NCBI GenBank assembly: GCA_028023455.1 | Contig: JAQFVV010000009.1 | Location: 10,416,001 to 10,480,000, forward strand | Reading direction: 5' to 3' | DNA: 64,000 nt | DNA from: Epiperipatus broadwayi | Lineage: Eukaryota; Animalia; Onychophora | In this document: one piece after another, positions 1 through 13,392 of the stretch | How positions within the stretch are numbered: the first letter of the stretch is position 1 | Layout: every line of letters starts with the position of its first letter | Translations under genes and position numbers: made by a program | The notes under the pieces: model-generated | What the model was told of the DNA's origin: nothing | Databases searched by the model: none | The model's input: only the letters and a program-made list of their open reading frames with translations

Positions 1-676
1 TGAATTTTAAGATAATGCTCTAACCAATTGAACCATCCTGCCAAAGACAGCAGTCAGTAGAAATTTCATATATTTATCTATGAGGTTCCTTCTGATTGCT
101 CCTTTTTTATGACTAAAGTTGATTAGTGGTTTCTATACATTATGTATAGTCACACTAGATTGACTTATGGAGTTGTTTTTATTGTCATGTGAGCAGCTTC
201 TTTAAATTTTCATCTGTGTACATTTTCTTCTCTATCCAATATTTTTGTATTTTCCCAATTGAACATATGTACACTGGCACATACATAGTTTGCTATTTTA
301 GACACATCTCTTTCTTCTAATCACATTGTGTTCTTGTGGGTGCTTTTCAATGGGACAGCTGGTGTCACCAATATAGGTTCTTCCACATCTACATGGTATT
401 TCATAGATGCAGTTTATGCTTTTCAGAATTTCAAGTTTAGGCTTTGTAGATATTAGAATTTTTTGTAGTGTGGTATGGCTCTGGAAAGGTGATAATGATT
501 GCAGATTTTCCTTAATTTGTCTGCTATTTTTGGTATGTATTGGTACACTACAGTACTAATAATTGTTTTTTCTTTTAATAGTTTTTTTTGTTATCTATTT
601 AAAGTTTTTTTAATAACAGCTTATAAGAATTTGTTCTATACAGATCTTTTCTGTTTTCAAGTCACTGGTTTCTGAA
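1..676 (-). mobile_element. Penelope-like element 3' fragment (GIY-YIG endonuclease region), left arm of an inverted pair; runs off the window edge
   Basis: The minus strand reads YEIPCRCGRTYIGDTSCPIEKHPQEH (YIG at 367-375), the Penelope GIY-YIG signature. The segment is a diverged reverse complement of 709-1410. Confidence 0.85.
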
Positions 677-1345
677 ATGATACATTTTTATAGAGCAAAA
701 AAATTTTGTTCAGAAACAAGTGATTTGAAAAAAGAAAGATCTATATAGAACAAACTCTTAAAAAATGATTATCCATAAGCTGTTATTAAGAAAATCTTAA
801 ATAGACAACAAAAAAAAACCATCAAAAGAAAAAAAAGTTATTGGTACTGTAGTGTACCTATACATACTAAAATAGCAGACAAGAAAAACATGCAATCAAC
901 ATAACCTCATAACAGATTTCCATAGCCTTACCACCCTATAAAGAATTCTAATATTTACAAAGCCTAAACTTGAAATTCTAAAAAGTAAAAACTGCATCTA
1001 TGAAATATCATATGAATGTGAAAGAATGTATTGTCCCATTGAATAGTGCTTGCAAGAACACAAACTGATGATTAAAAGAGAAAAAACAGATGTATCTAAG
1101 GCAATAGATCATGTATGTACCAATGATCATACATTTAATTGGGAAAATACAAAAACATTGGATACAGAAGAAAAGATATAAAGAAGAAAATTTAAAGAAG
1201 CTGCTCACATGCTAATGGTGAAAAACCCTATAATTCAATCTAGTGTGAACTGTACATAATTTATGGAAACCACTAATCAACATTGCTTTAAAAAAAGTGG
1301 AGGAATCAGGAGGAACCTCATAAATAAATATATGACATATGAAAA
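677..1345 (+). mobile_element. Penelope-like element 3' fragment (post-RT linker + GIY-YIG), right arm of an inverted pair, decayed
   Basis: Reads IHFYRAKKFCSE...LLKNDYP*AVIKKILNR and later IYEISYEC...QEHK...HTFNWENTKTLDTEEKI*RRKFKEAAHM. These match the Penelope RA..iCs/NgYP and HxFxWxN...KEA motifs. Stops and indels are present. Confidence 0.85.
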
Positions 1346-1366
1346 CTTTTACTGATTGCTGCCTTT

Positions 1367-1462
1367 GGAAGAATGGCCCAATTGATTAAAGTATTATTTT
1401 AAAATTTAATATTCAAGAATTTAAGGATCCGGATTTGATTCCCATGCTAGTACTGTCACTGG
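1367..1462 (+). mobile_element. tRNA-derived SINE-like head (mirror copy at ~1-45 on the minus strand)
   Basis: A-box-like TGGCCCAATTGATTAAAG (mirror copy TGGTTCAATTGGTTAGAGC) and B-box-like GATTTGATTCCC about 50 nt downstream. No intact cloverleaf. Confidence 0.45.
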
Positions 1463-2380
1463 TCAGGCCAAAAATATTGGAAGAAAAGGGGGAAATAATA
1501 CCTCTCGAAACATTGTGCATATGCTAAGCTGTGTGCTTTTACTAACTGTTGAATGTATTTGTAATATGCTAAATTTAAAGACATTCAATACTTATATTAG
1601 ATGATGGAAATAGTTCAATATATAAATACAACTAAAATACCATCATCACAAACTTTCAGAAAAACACTAATAGTTGATTGCTTTTGTCTCATCATAAGAA
1701 GTTCAAGCACTGGAATTGACAAAACTAGAACCATAATCCATGGATCTTAAGCTTCAGAATCCAATATTACATTACTATACTAAACCACACTTGGCAGTGT
1801 ACCTTAATTGTAGGGCTAGTTATATTTTGGTTTATATAAACTGTACATGCTCATGATGTTTGAATATATGAACTATTTGATTAGCTGAACCAGTTACAAT
1901 TCCAATTCTAATAAGTATTCTCTCTCTTACAAAGTAAAAGATTATCATGATTGTAGTATAACTTACTTAAATAATAGATGACCAGGTTGAAATTGTTTTA
2001 TTTTGACCATATTAGAGTTGTTCTAATTCATTCATATAGTATATATTGTGTCAAAAGGCTGAAAGTGAAAGAAGCAGAAGCAATGAAATGAATGAATTTT
2101 ATTATCATGACAATAAAAGCATCATTGAAAAATTAAAAAAACCTAAAAGAATAGATTATTTTGGGGAAAATGCCATTCAATTGATCATCATAAGCTGACT
2201 CATGTTAGCTTGGTATCCACTAGTAATAGTGATAAGTAGTCATTCTTCTCCTTATTAAGTGCAATCAAATAGATATTATCTTTCAGAAATCTTTACAAAT
2301 AGTATTTCACCAAAAAGTTATTACTACTTTTAAGATTATGTGATGTTTAAGTACCATACTGACAGATGTTTTCAATTTAG

Positions 2381-2415
2381 GAATCTTCAGCTCTTGAGCT
2401 CACTATGCTACCAGA
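2381..2415 (+). CDS. Candidate 35-nt internal exon of an unidentified host gene (ESSALELTMLP...)
   Basis: Branch-like TACTGAC, then TTTTCAATTTAG acceptor, an open frame, and a GTACGT donor. No homology recognised. Confidence 0.25.
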
Positions 2416-4216
2416 GTACGTAATTGATTTTTCATGCTGCTCAATTGCTTATTCATTATTGTAATGATGGTATCTTTTCAAACATTGCAAAACTTGATTT
2501 TACATAACATCTAAGCTTATTATTAAATTTTTGATTTCAACACTTTTTTCATTTTTTTTTTTTTTAAAAAAAAAAACCCGGGGGAGGGGGCTATTTAAGA
2601 TTGTAAAAGTTGTAAGATCATTATCGAAGAAAAGCTTTAATAAACATTAAGAAAACAGTTACTTGCATATACTTTATCCAACATTTCATTACATTTTCGG
2701 TTTTAGAACTGGAAAATATTATTTTTAAATGGGACAGTTAACAAATTAAAAAGATAAGTACAGTCGATATTTGTTTATTTTTCTTTTGCCCTTCTCTGAA
2801 AGCATGAAAGATATTGCCAAGATAACTTTCTCCAGATTTTATTTTCTGAAAAAGAATAAATTAGCAACATTCTTTCTGAAATTATGAGAGAAATTTTTTT
2901 TTGGTAAATATCAAACATTTTTGGCATGCAAAGAATTTGATTTTAAAATAAAATGTGTGCGTGCGTGTTAAGTGTAAAAATCCTTAAACATATTTGCTAA
3001 TTATTTTTTTAATTACTATTATTTTTAGTATTTAAAATAACTGCATTTATAATATTTGCAATAAATAAACTAAATTTTATAATAAATAATAAAGTTTAGA
3101 ACAAATAATAATAATGTAAATCTGAAAATAATAATAATGTATTAAAATTTAATCACAATAATAATAAAATGACAAAATTAAAAGGTGTGATAATTTAATT
3201 TCCAAAATAAATCTTTAAAAAATAAACATGTAAAACTATACCAGTGGTTTCTATCGCATTCAAAGCATTCCCGTTTGTTATCTATATACGATTTCCATTT
3301 CTTAAAGGCTCGCTCATTTTCCAGAATACAATTTGAGTATCTGTCTCACATTTTGTGGATATCAATTATATTAAAACATCTTTATCCCTTCAGTACAGCT
3401 TTTGATTTTGGAAGCCAGAAATCATAGGACAGTTAAATAATATAAGAAGGCAAAATAATTTCTGATTGAAAAAAAAAATTTTTTGGTCGAGAAATCCCAC
3501 ATTATGAATGCACTGAGAGTTTATGGAATGTCATGTTAAATAATTCATTTATCAGAATATAATTCAGGTCTCTTCTTTAAACAGAATCTTATATTTTTTT
3601 AGTACTTTTAATTAGCATTATTGGTTGACAGTTTATTCCTTGATTAATAAATTACTGACAAAGCACACTAGCATAGTCTTAAATTGTATGCATAACATTT
3701 TTGCTTTTTTTAAAAGGTGCAATGAATCTGGAAAGTTCTTGCGCTCACTCTGATATTTAGTTACTGGAACATTACTCCTCCAAACAAACAGCTATGTATT
3801 TGAAGAAAGATCAGTTGCAACTTCAAGCCTAATTAATATTAACTAAACTGTTTCTCAATTAATCTGTAATTTTTTTTAACTATTAATATCATACTTAATC
3901 TTCTGTTGGACTATCATACTTTGCACTTTTAATATTAATGTTAATTATTGTTGTTTTTAGTTGTTTTTATAATATTAAAGTTACTCATTGTTTTCAGTTG
4001 TCAGCTTCTGAGGACCATCTATTACATCTTCTCAACCATCATTGAATAACTTTTTAAAATAAAATTTGATATTAGTATGCAGCCCAACATTTCATTCACT
4101 CTTTTTTTGCAATAAAAGTGCAAGGAGCAGTCTTTATTACATCTCATTTATTAACTAGCAATGATTAAGTAATATAATCTTAATAGCCTTTTAATTTCAT
4201 GGTAATTTTTTTAAAG

Positions 4217-4217
<1 letters not shown>

Positions 4218-4252
<35 letters not shown>
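4218..4252. repeat. (TA)n microsatellite
   Basis: Uninterrupted TA run read directly. Confidence 0.95.
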
Positions 4253-4255
<3 letters not shown>

Positions 4256-7200
4256 ATGTTTTATAAGTTAGAATGTAATTATTACAGTTTTCACTTATTC
4301 ATATAACAAAACAAATTTATTTCTACTAATAAAAAATGTTGAATTTTTTTATTTAATAAATGGTGATATTCCATGTAAATATCCATGTAATCAGTATAAT
4401 TTTTATTTATTCTACGCTAAAATCTTCTATTGTAAGAGTTAATAATTTAATATTAGATGAAATGTTAAATTCACATCATCGATTTTTGATTAATATTATT
4501 TATCAGTGAGAAGTTTCAGACTTGCTCTTACATATTCAGCAGCTGAAAGTCATTAGCCAGAAACTTTTCAAAGAATGTGAATATTTAGCACTGACATCTT
4601 GTATGTGTTGATACCCAAACTTATAATCCACAGCTCTAGAATTGAGTTAATAAAAATAAATTACTGCTCCTAAAGGTATATACTGATTATAAGCTGAAAA
4701 AAGTCATAATATTTTGTTGTTTGATAATGCTTCTGTTAAAATATGTTATTTTAATTGAATTGGAATAATTAAATTTTATATCACAAACATTTTGTTCATT
4801 TGACTTTATTTTTAACAACATAAATTTAGACAATAACACTAAAAATTTAAAATTCTAAAAGTAACTGATGATGTGTTAAAATATTTACTATTAAGTATTA
4901 ATTCATTTAATGTAAATACCATTGGCTGTTTATGTTTTTATAGGAGGGTCATGAATAATATATCTTTGTCATTTTGGAATCTCATCTATAAAATATTGGG
5001 GAATGTTGTTTTAAACTATGGTTTCTTTAGCTTTGATATAACTCATTACTCTTACTGACATTAAACAAGTATTTTGTTATTGTTATCAAAGCTCTTATAA
5101 TTGAAAGACTCCATTAATTTAATAATCTATTGTTTAGGAGAAAACAAACTTAGTTCAGATGATTTCCATCATTATAGTACTTTTAATTAATTAAATGAGG
5201 TTAACACAAATTTCTAAATTTTGAACTTGGTTTAGATAATTGTGTATAAAATAAATTATTTTAACAGGATAGCATTGTCAGCCAATACTAATGAAGATCA
5301 AGGGTTTATTGCTTGTAATATTACTTTTGTTACCTAATTTATTTAAACCACCTACAGCTAGAAATGATAGTTCTCTTGATTTATTTTACTATTTAATTTT
5401 TTTGTTTTTAGTTTTCTGATTCAAAATATGCTTTGTTAATAAATTATTGTATCCCAGTTAATCAAATTACTATCTTAATTATTGAATTATTTAATATTTA
5501 TATTTTTAAATAATGATTCTATCAAAATATTAATAAATTTGTAAAAGAATTTTTATTAGTAAAAAATGTTAAATTTTTTGTTTTATTTTAAGTAAAATCT
5601 TTATTAACAAAAAACAAAAATTATTTATATATAAATTTTAAATTCTAAATATTCATACTTATTTATATATATATATTATAAGAATGATTCTTCTTTAATT
5701 AAATAATTTTTATATTATTTCCATAATTCACATGAAGCTTGACCAAACTTTTTATGTTATTTTTTGAGGGAGATGTACCATGCAATTATTAAGAATTTAT
5801 TCCAATCATTATCAATTTTTTTTAACCAATTGTATTTTTTATTATCAAAAATCATTTCACACCTTATTATCCATATAGTTTTTAAAGCATGTAGCAAAAC
5901 CTTTGCATTATGTTGATTAAATTTTTAAATATTTTTTTTTATTATTCTTTTTAAATTTATGTATGAAACATGAAATACTTACTTTTGATCTTAATGGTTT
6001 AAATATACATTTTTCAAACAAGTAAAAAAGGATTTCCTCTTTCATCTTACAAGAAATGCATCAAAGCTCCAAATTCATTTTTAACTGACCATTTAAATAA
6101 ACCTTTATTGGTAAAAAGCTACTTAAAGATTTGAAACAGAATTTGATATATGATTGTGGAGCATATATTTTATGAAGATTCTTGATAACCTTAATCACTA
6201 ACAGTTTAGTCCAAATGTACTGAACATTGTTTATTACTTATTTTATTCAGTCTCTGATGTATGTATATGTGTGCATTGAGTTCTCTACATAAAAGCAAAC
6301 TGGAGCGACTAATCAACGTCTACTACAGTTGAATGAAGAAGATCACTGTCAGTGTTAGTTTGCTTTTATTCACTTGCTCTTAATATAATTAATTTAACAT
6401 CCCAAATTTAAAACTACATCATAAATAATGAAGTGTTTAAGCAATAAGATGCTACCCATCACTAAGGGACTAATAATTGTTCACCATAATCAATGTTAGA
6501 TGTTTGTTAATATTTTAACATATTTTTTTTCTACTATCTTATATTTAGAATAGCATCATAAACTTTAAAGAATTCTGATATTTAAAATTATATTGTAAAA
6601 TAATAACATACTATGTATTTACCTGCAATAATTTTTATTTATTTGTCTGTCAGTTCACTCATCCATTTATATTGTCTATATATCTATTTCTGTTCCAGTT
6701 TATCTATCTATTCATGCATCAACTATCTATTTGTCACTCTCCCATCTAGATAACTCTGTACATGCTCAACAATCCAGCCATCTATCTATTTTCTATCTCA
6801 TTTTCCTCCTCTATTTCTCTCTTTATATATAAAATTTAAAACCAAGCCTGATTAAGAAGACCAGACTAATAAGACAATGATCAATTCAATCATTAATTTC
6901 CTCAACTTCACATCAGGTCTGTTTCTTAATACTTCTCTAGTGAAAGGCATATAATTATCAAAATGATGACATTAGATACTAAGTATAAGATGTACTAGAA
7001 TAGAAAACCTACATCATATGGCAAAATTTCAAGCATAGAACATTATCAAATGTTTTGCCTATGAAAAAAATATTTTATATATTAAAGAGATTTACATTGT
7101 GAATATATTTTAACATGCACTTATTCGTTACCTAGGGTATTTTTTTCTAATATATATTGTCATATGTTCAAAATATAAAAGTAAGAAATTGATATAAAGA

Positions 7201-7321
7201 CATATATATATATAGAAGAAAGTAAAGTGGCTTTAAATGGTCTACTGCAAAGTCTCTGCAGAGGAATAGGAAAAAAGACAATATCACTTGGCTAATCTAT
7301 TGCCAGTTGATTAGAGGTTTT

Positions 7322-7351
7322 TGCTTCATTTGTTTTACTTTTTAGGTAAGT
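7322..7351 (+). promoter_or_regulatory. Candidate recursive splice site (AG|GTAAGT ratchet point)
   Basis: TTGCTTCATTTGTTTTACTTTTTAG is followed with zero spacing by the perfect donor GTAAGT (AG 7344-7345, GT 7346). Confidence 0.4.
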
Positions 7352-10300
7352 TAAATATTTATTAACAATAACTGATAATATCTTCAACAACTAACTGTTC
7401 GATTTTATGTTTAATAATTAGCTGAATTGTTTGAAGATTTCCTTTTTAGAAAAAGAAAAATTCTAAATATGTTTGAAATTCTTACCTATACCATTTCATA
7501 ACATGTTCCTTTCACATTCCGTATTTATATATAATCAGTATTTTTAAATATATACACACACTTGTATATTATTATAATCATATACATATAAAAGAAGTTT
7601 CTAGATGATTGATAAAAACGATTCAGAAATAAACTACTAATAACTATATATAAAATTTTATTTAGATTTTTAAAAACTATTATCATTTGATGACATTAAA
7701 AAATTGTTGAATTAGTTGTTAGTTATAGAACTCAGTACTAATATTGACCATTAATTAATATATGTATATATTTAACTTTTCATTTCCTGGTAGCATTATG
7801 TGAAGGTGGTGATAGCAGTAATGACAGAAAGTACTCCTTCTGTAAACAAAGTGACATTTTGTAGCTAAATTGAATTCTGTAATCTGGGGCATTGCCATCT
7901 AATAAGGGGAAGTAAAGTGTAGCTGTTATATTTGGAACTATTATAAATGAAGTTTCTCAAACATTCTTTTCATTTACGCTTCTTAATGTCAAAGAAAACA
8001 AATTAATAATAAAAAAAAACTTAACGTTTTTTATCAACAGATTTTTTATTACAAAAAAAAAAAGACATTAACATTCTTTTTAAGAGTACTGATGGGTTTC
8101 CTTTATTTTTTAATTATTATTATGAAAGGCTGGAATAGAGACGAAAAGCAGTTTTGTCTGTTGTTTTTTTATTTTAAAAAAATAAAATAAAAATATCGTT
8201 ATAGAAAACTATTAGTCAGAATAATAATATTAACATTAATTTAATTCTGTATGACTTGTTAATGACTTTAAAAGACTTGAGAAGTGTGTTTCTGAAAATA
8301 AGCAGGAGTGGGTTTGTCTTCTCTCTCTAGCTCAACAAAGAATGCTTAATATAACATCATATAATTAATGTATATATATTTAATTAATGTATGCATGTAT
8401 ACTAGGAAGAATAAATTAAAATAATTTTAACGGAACATCAAATCAATGTCATACAAAGCATTATGCCTATTCACAAAAATTTCAATGTAGTATGCGACTG
8501 TTATTTATGTCTGATTTCTTCATGCAGTTTGAAATACTTTGCTACTGATAAGACTATAATAAGATGTAACTAGCATCTTATTGTGATGCTGTCCAATAAA
8601 AATATTACTAATAAGAAATTAAAAAAAAAAAACAGATAAAAAATAAGTGAGAACAAAATAGAGGAAAAAGAATAAAGATAAAAATATGACTCTTTATAAA
8701 GGAATCTTAGAAGATGTGAATTCACTATAGATTATATTGTAAAATGAAAAATGTAATCAATAGACAAAAGTATTATCTCAAGTATTTCAAAGATAATACT
8801 CAATAGATTATGAATTCACTAGAACCAAATATGAAATCATACTTAAAGATAATTTACTGCTAAAATTAACAGTAAACCAATAACAAGGATTTGTTTTAGT
8901 AGATTGTTAAAACAGGATCTACACGCAATATATATAAGAGATTTAGCAAATGATAATGATATATCATCATCATTTATAAAAACAGCAATATTAGGATATT
9001 ATTGAAATATTTAAAACAACTTCTTTGTTCCTGAAATCATTACTTGTTTTATTGACTGAATAAAAGATTTAAAATGTGTATATTTAGAATAGTGGTGGAG
9101 ATATTGAACAATTTCTATAAGAAAAATCTTAATCATGATACTGTATTTATGGAGAAATTTAAAGTAGAGATTATTACAACTTTTATATAAAGGAATGCTG
9201 AATAGCAAACAGATTTATAACAATATGCACCTTATCTTAATCCTTCAAGATGGAGGAGCTAGGAACATAAAATATATTTAATACATATTAATTAATTCAA
9301 AATTCTATTTTAAAAATGGAAATGATGAATCCATATGTAGTTATGGAATTTTATAGCTGTTTATGTAATAAAATATTAATATGACACTTGTCATTGCACA
9401 CACTCAACTAACTTTTTGTTATCCAGATCTAGATTTTTTTAGTTCTTAAACAATGGTCTAAATGAGAATCATTTTATTAATAATTCTCCTTGAATTCATA
9501 TTTGAAAAAAAAAAGTGATTTGCAAAAACATATTGAAATATATAATGCATTTTTTAAAGTATATTTTTTAAATAAAGGGTACTTATATTTATTGTTTTAA
9601 TTCTTAAATGTTTCATCATTATAATGTGATTTTAAAATTATATTAATTTTTATAGTAATAATTTTTAATTACATTAACTATTAAATACTTTGCAGATTAA
9701 ACAATTAATTTATTATGAGATCCTTTTTCAAATCCAACAATAAATCCAGATGTATTTAACTTCCTAGAGCTTAATGGAGTTTCATCAACAAATTTAGGAC
9801 AAACCACATTGAATTGCACTCATCTGATTTATAAATGAAATTATATAGCCTTTGACCTGTGTAAATGTGTACAGATGCAAAATATGAAACATATAATGAA
9901 GGACTAAATAAAACTAATAGTGAATCCATGTTCAAGTTGAAATGTCTATAAGTTTCTTTATGATATTTTGTTAACAGTTATGCTGTTTAAAAGAAATCCA
10001 TATATTGAAATTTAATTTGCAAGAATATGTTGAAACACAAAATATTTTTTTAAAGAATATTTTTTTGATTAAAGAAAACTATTTTTATTAATCTAATTTC
10101 TAAATATGATATTTAGCAAATTGTAATCTCATCAAACACTTTGCACATTAAGCACAGCCAACTAGGGAACTGTAACAATATAACAGAAAGAAAAACAGCT
10201 AAATTATCAGTACAGTGAAAAAAGTGTTGAGGGCATGCATTTGGAAAAGATGGTTAAAATTGAGATTTGCTGCATCAACAATTTATCAGTGATCACTTTA

Positions 10301-11579
10301 TTGTTTTACATGCACAAAGTACCAGTAAGCACTGCAATACTGATCCCTATCTTATAAAATGCTTATAAATGATATTCTTCTCATGCTCATTTTTGTATGA
10401 TTTTGAGATTCAGTTATAACTATCATGGAAAACATTGAGTCACTGATGTTAATGCTGATGCCTACTACTATGGCTTATTTCTCTTATAAAGATAATTATG
10501 ATTTTAGGATTGATCCCTATTGAAAAATTAGCAAATAATTGAACTATTCTGTTATATTTCTCATGCATTTCAAACTGGAAAAAAGTCCATCTCAGACATT
10601 GCAGTTAAGATTTTGGTGCTACTTACAAGAAAGTGATGGTAGTTGCATAAAAAAGATGAAAAAATTATGTTATTAAAACAGCAATAAGTAAACTGAAGCC
10701 ATGCCATAGGTTATGTAAAATTGGGATTATTTGTAAAGCACCCAAAACACAATAAATATATAATATAAATTAGTTTCCATAATTATACTATCATAATTTT
10801 GTGCTTTTTTTTGCATGAAAGAAAAATTTGAAAAATACTTAATGCATTTTCATTGCAAAACATGTTGTTCAAAAGGCTAACTTTAAAAGAATAATGTAGT
10901 TAGATCATCACATTTACTACAGGAAGGAACATAATTTAAATTTATTCATGCATATTCCAAACCACCCTTAAGTGAGCTTTGTAGGAGTTTCATTTCATAA
11001 CTGAATCCACATTATTAATAAACCATGCCTTTTTTTATTTTTTACATCCTATTTTTTGTTCACTGCAAACTATCTTTACATTCTTAGTGTCTAAAATACA
11101 ATCAAATATTCTTTCATAATCCCCCCTCCCCTCCCAAAAAAAAAGGACACCATCATAGAATCAAATAAAATCTACAATATTGTCCATGATATTTGGATCA
11201 TGAAATAATTTAGGATCATGTTTTTTTCACACAAGAATGTATTGATAATTTGTAATGAACCATGTGATAGAAAACATAAGGCATAGTTTATTATTTATTA
11301 ATACCATGTGAAAAAATTAACAGTATTAAATTGGGTGGTATAAAGCATGCACATGTAAAAAAAATTGTGTTATTTTTGGAAGGACTAATGTATTGTTTTC
11401 TAATGTTTGTCTTTTGAAGAGAATGCTCTGCACTAAAAACGTATTTAATGATTTATGAAATTTTTGCTTTATAGAAAAAATATTAATATTAATTCACAAA
11501 ATGAATAAATATATAAATAGAAATGCTCATTGATTATATAAAGAGTAACAGAAAAAGCACCAGCAAATTATGGGGAAAT

Positions 11580-11730
11580 TAAAAATACTACCTTAAGAAA
11601 GAAAACGTTGCTAGCAGAATCAAGAGATGGACCTAGATGTATAATCACATATTATTGTCTTTGCTTTTAAACAACTGAGTATGACTTCATTCATGCATAA
11701 CAATTTAGCAATCATTGTCTGTTATGATGA
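11580..11730 (+). repeat. Dispersed repeat, diverged paralogue of ~13190-13310
   Basis: Both copies share AAAATA(T/C)TA..CCTTAAGAAA and TAATCACATATTATTGTCTTT...AAACAA....AGTA...CTTCATT. Confidence 0.6.
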
Positions 11731-12499
11731 TGAATCAGTATTTTTGATTCAAAATTATAGTAGTAGAAATGATTTTAATAAACCATATTTGACAAAAAAA
11801 ATTGATATAGAGAGTTTGTAGAACTAATAAAAAGTACATTGATATTATTTCTTTCCCATAACTTTTTCATTTTATAGAATTCAGCTATTTTAAATTTACA
11901 ATATTTTTTAATCAATCTAGTTTAATGGTAATGAGTATTGCTGACTATGAATCATGGCTGATAATCATAACGTATACATATATATATAGTTTCAGGAATG
12001 AGTGTGTGAATATATATATATGTGTTAAATCTTAAATGCATTAATGTCTTTTGTTTTAATTTTATTTATCAAATATCAAGTGAATAACTGATTATCAGTG
12101 ATTTAATCACATTTTTATCTAAAGCAATCCAACCTTCAGAGAAGTTGCTTTATTAATCTTCTATCATATTATGTAATAAACGAAATCACAAGATTAATAT
12201 TTTAAATTTATAGAGTTTCTTCTAATTTCCTGTAGACGGTGAACTGAACCATTTAATCATGAACTGAAAATAATGATCAGAACTTTGGCTTCTGGATTAA
12301 CTTCGACAAATTATGAGTTGGGTAAATGCTTTTTTAATATGCCTATGAAGTAAATGGAATAAAATTGTTAACAAAACTTGAATTATTCTGCTCCTGACTT
12401 TGAAACTTCTAATCATAATATATGAGAGGAGCAAGGCTATTTCAAAAATGATATTTAAAAGAAAAAAGATTCTGAAGTACAATCAATCATAAAACTATT

Positions 12500-13120
12500 T
12501 TGTGTCAAAGTCGTTTTTTATGTTTTATGTTATCCAATCAAAACTAAAACATAAGACATGACACTCTGGTTGCAAATTTCATCGTTTTTTTTTTTTTAAA
12601 TATATCGATTTATATATAATTAAAACTTAATAACAGTTGCCAATTTATAAAATATAAAATTATTACAGAATTAATTTTAGCCTTTAATTGTAGCGTAACT
12701 TTCGATTTTAAGGTTTTTTTTTTTGCTATCTGTGATAGTATATATGTTCACTTCCGTTTATTTTTCCAGTTGCTATGTATTTTGTTCCATTAGAATTAGC
12801 AACACATTTATGATAAAGGTGGAAAGAAAAATGCCGTAGATATTTGCTAGTTATCTGCTCTTTATATATAAAAAGGGGTAAAAAAATCGCTTTAGAAATT
12901 CAACTGTCGGGTAAAGAAGAATCTCTCTATAGCATTAAAGAACAGTAAAGGTGAAAAATTTACTTTAGTCATTTATTTCAACTGTCAGTTGCTGAAGATT
13001 TTTTGTATTTTTTTTTTTTGGTTACTCTATAGCTAAGAATAACTCAGATTCTCACAATTAATCGTAACTGGATAACTAGCTAGATTTGATATGGGCTGGA
13101 TATATAAATAGAAATACTCG
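12500..13120. promoter_or_regulatory. CpG-retaining island, putative promoter
   Basis: About ten CpGs in a CpG-poor background. Includes DRE-like TATCGAT (12603-12609) and ETS-type CACTTCCG (12749-12756). Confidence 0.4.
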
Positions 13121-13349
13121 ATAATTATATATTAGAAATAAACTTATGATACAACTAAATTATGAGAAAATATTATTCCTTAAGAAACAAATCATTTTTG
13201 ATAGATGCATTTGCTATGTGTAATCACATATTATTGTCTTTCCCTTCAAAACAATCAAGTAAGCCTTCATTTATTTTGTTGTTCTACTTCATAGCTGTCT
13301 ATTATAAGTTTGTGTGATCAATAGACCCAAGATAGTGTTATTAACCAAA

Positions 13350-13392
13350 TCACCAGAATAGTTTCTACTTATTGGCCATTATCAGTGAGGGG
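13350..13392 (-). ncRNA. Decayed type I hammerhead ribozyme
   Basis: Minus strand CCTCA-CTGATAA-TGGCCAATAAGTA-GAAAC-TA-TTC-TGGTG aligns closely with the 14971 and 29641 hammerheads. The core and cleavage triplet are mutated. Confidence 0.5.

Noticed and set aside
1008-1208. 66-aa minus-strand ORF from the track
   Set aside because: It is the antisense shadow of the plus-strand Penelope GIY-YIG region.
7790-8000. GC-richer stretch with a ~55-codon minus-strand open frame (…TATLYFPLLDGNAPDYRIQF…)
   Set aside because: It is bounded by stops, with no convincing splice pair and no known motif.
8600-9270. Possible R4/NeSL-type REL-endonuclease remnant (KTAILG..I)
   Set aside because: Only one short motif fits, which is insufficient to call.
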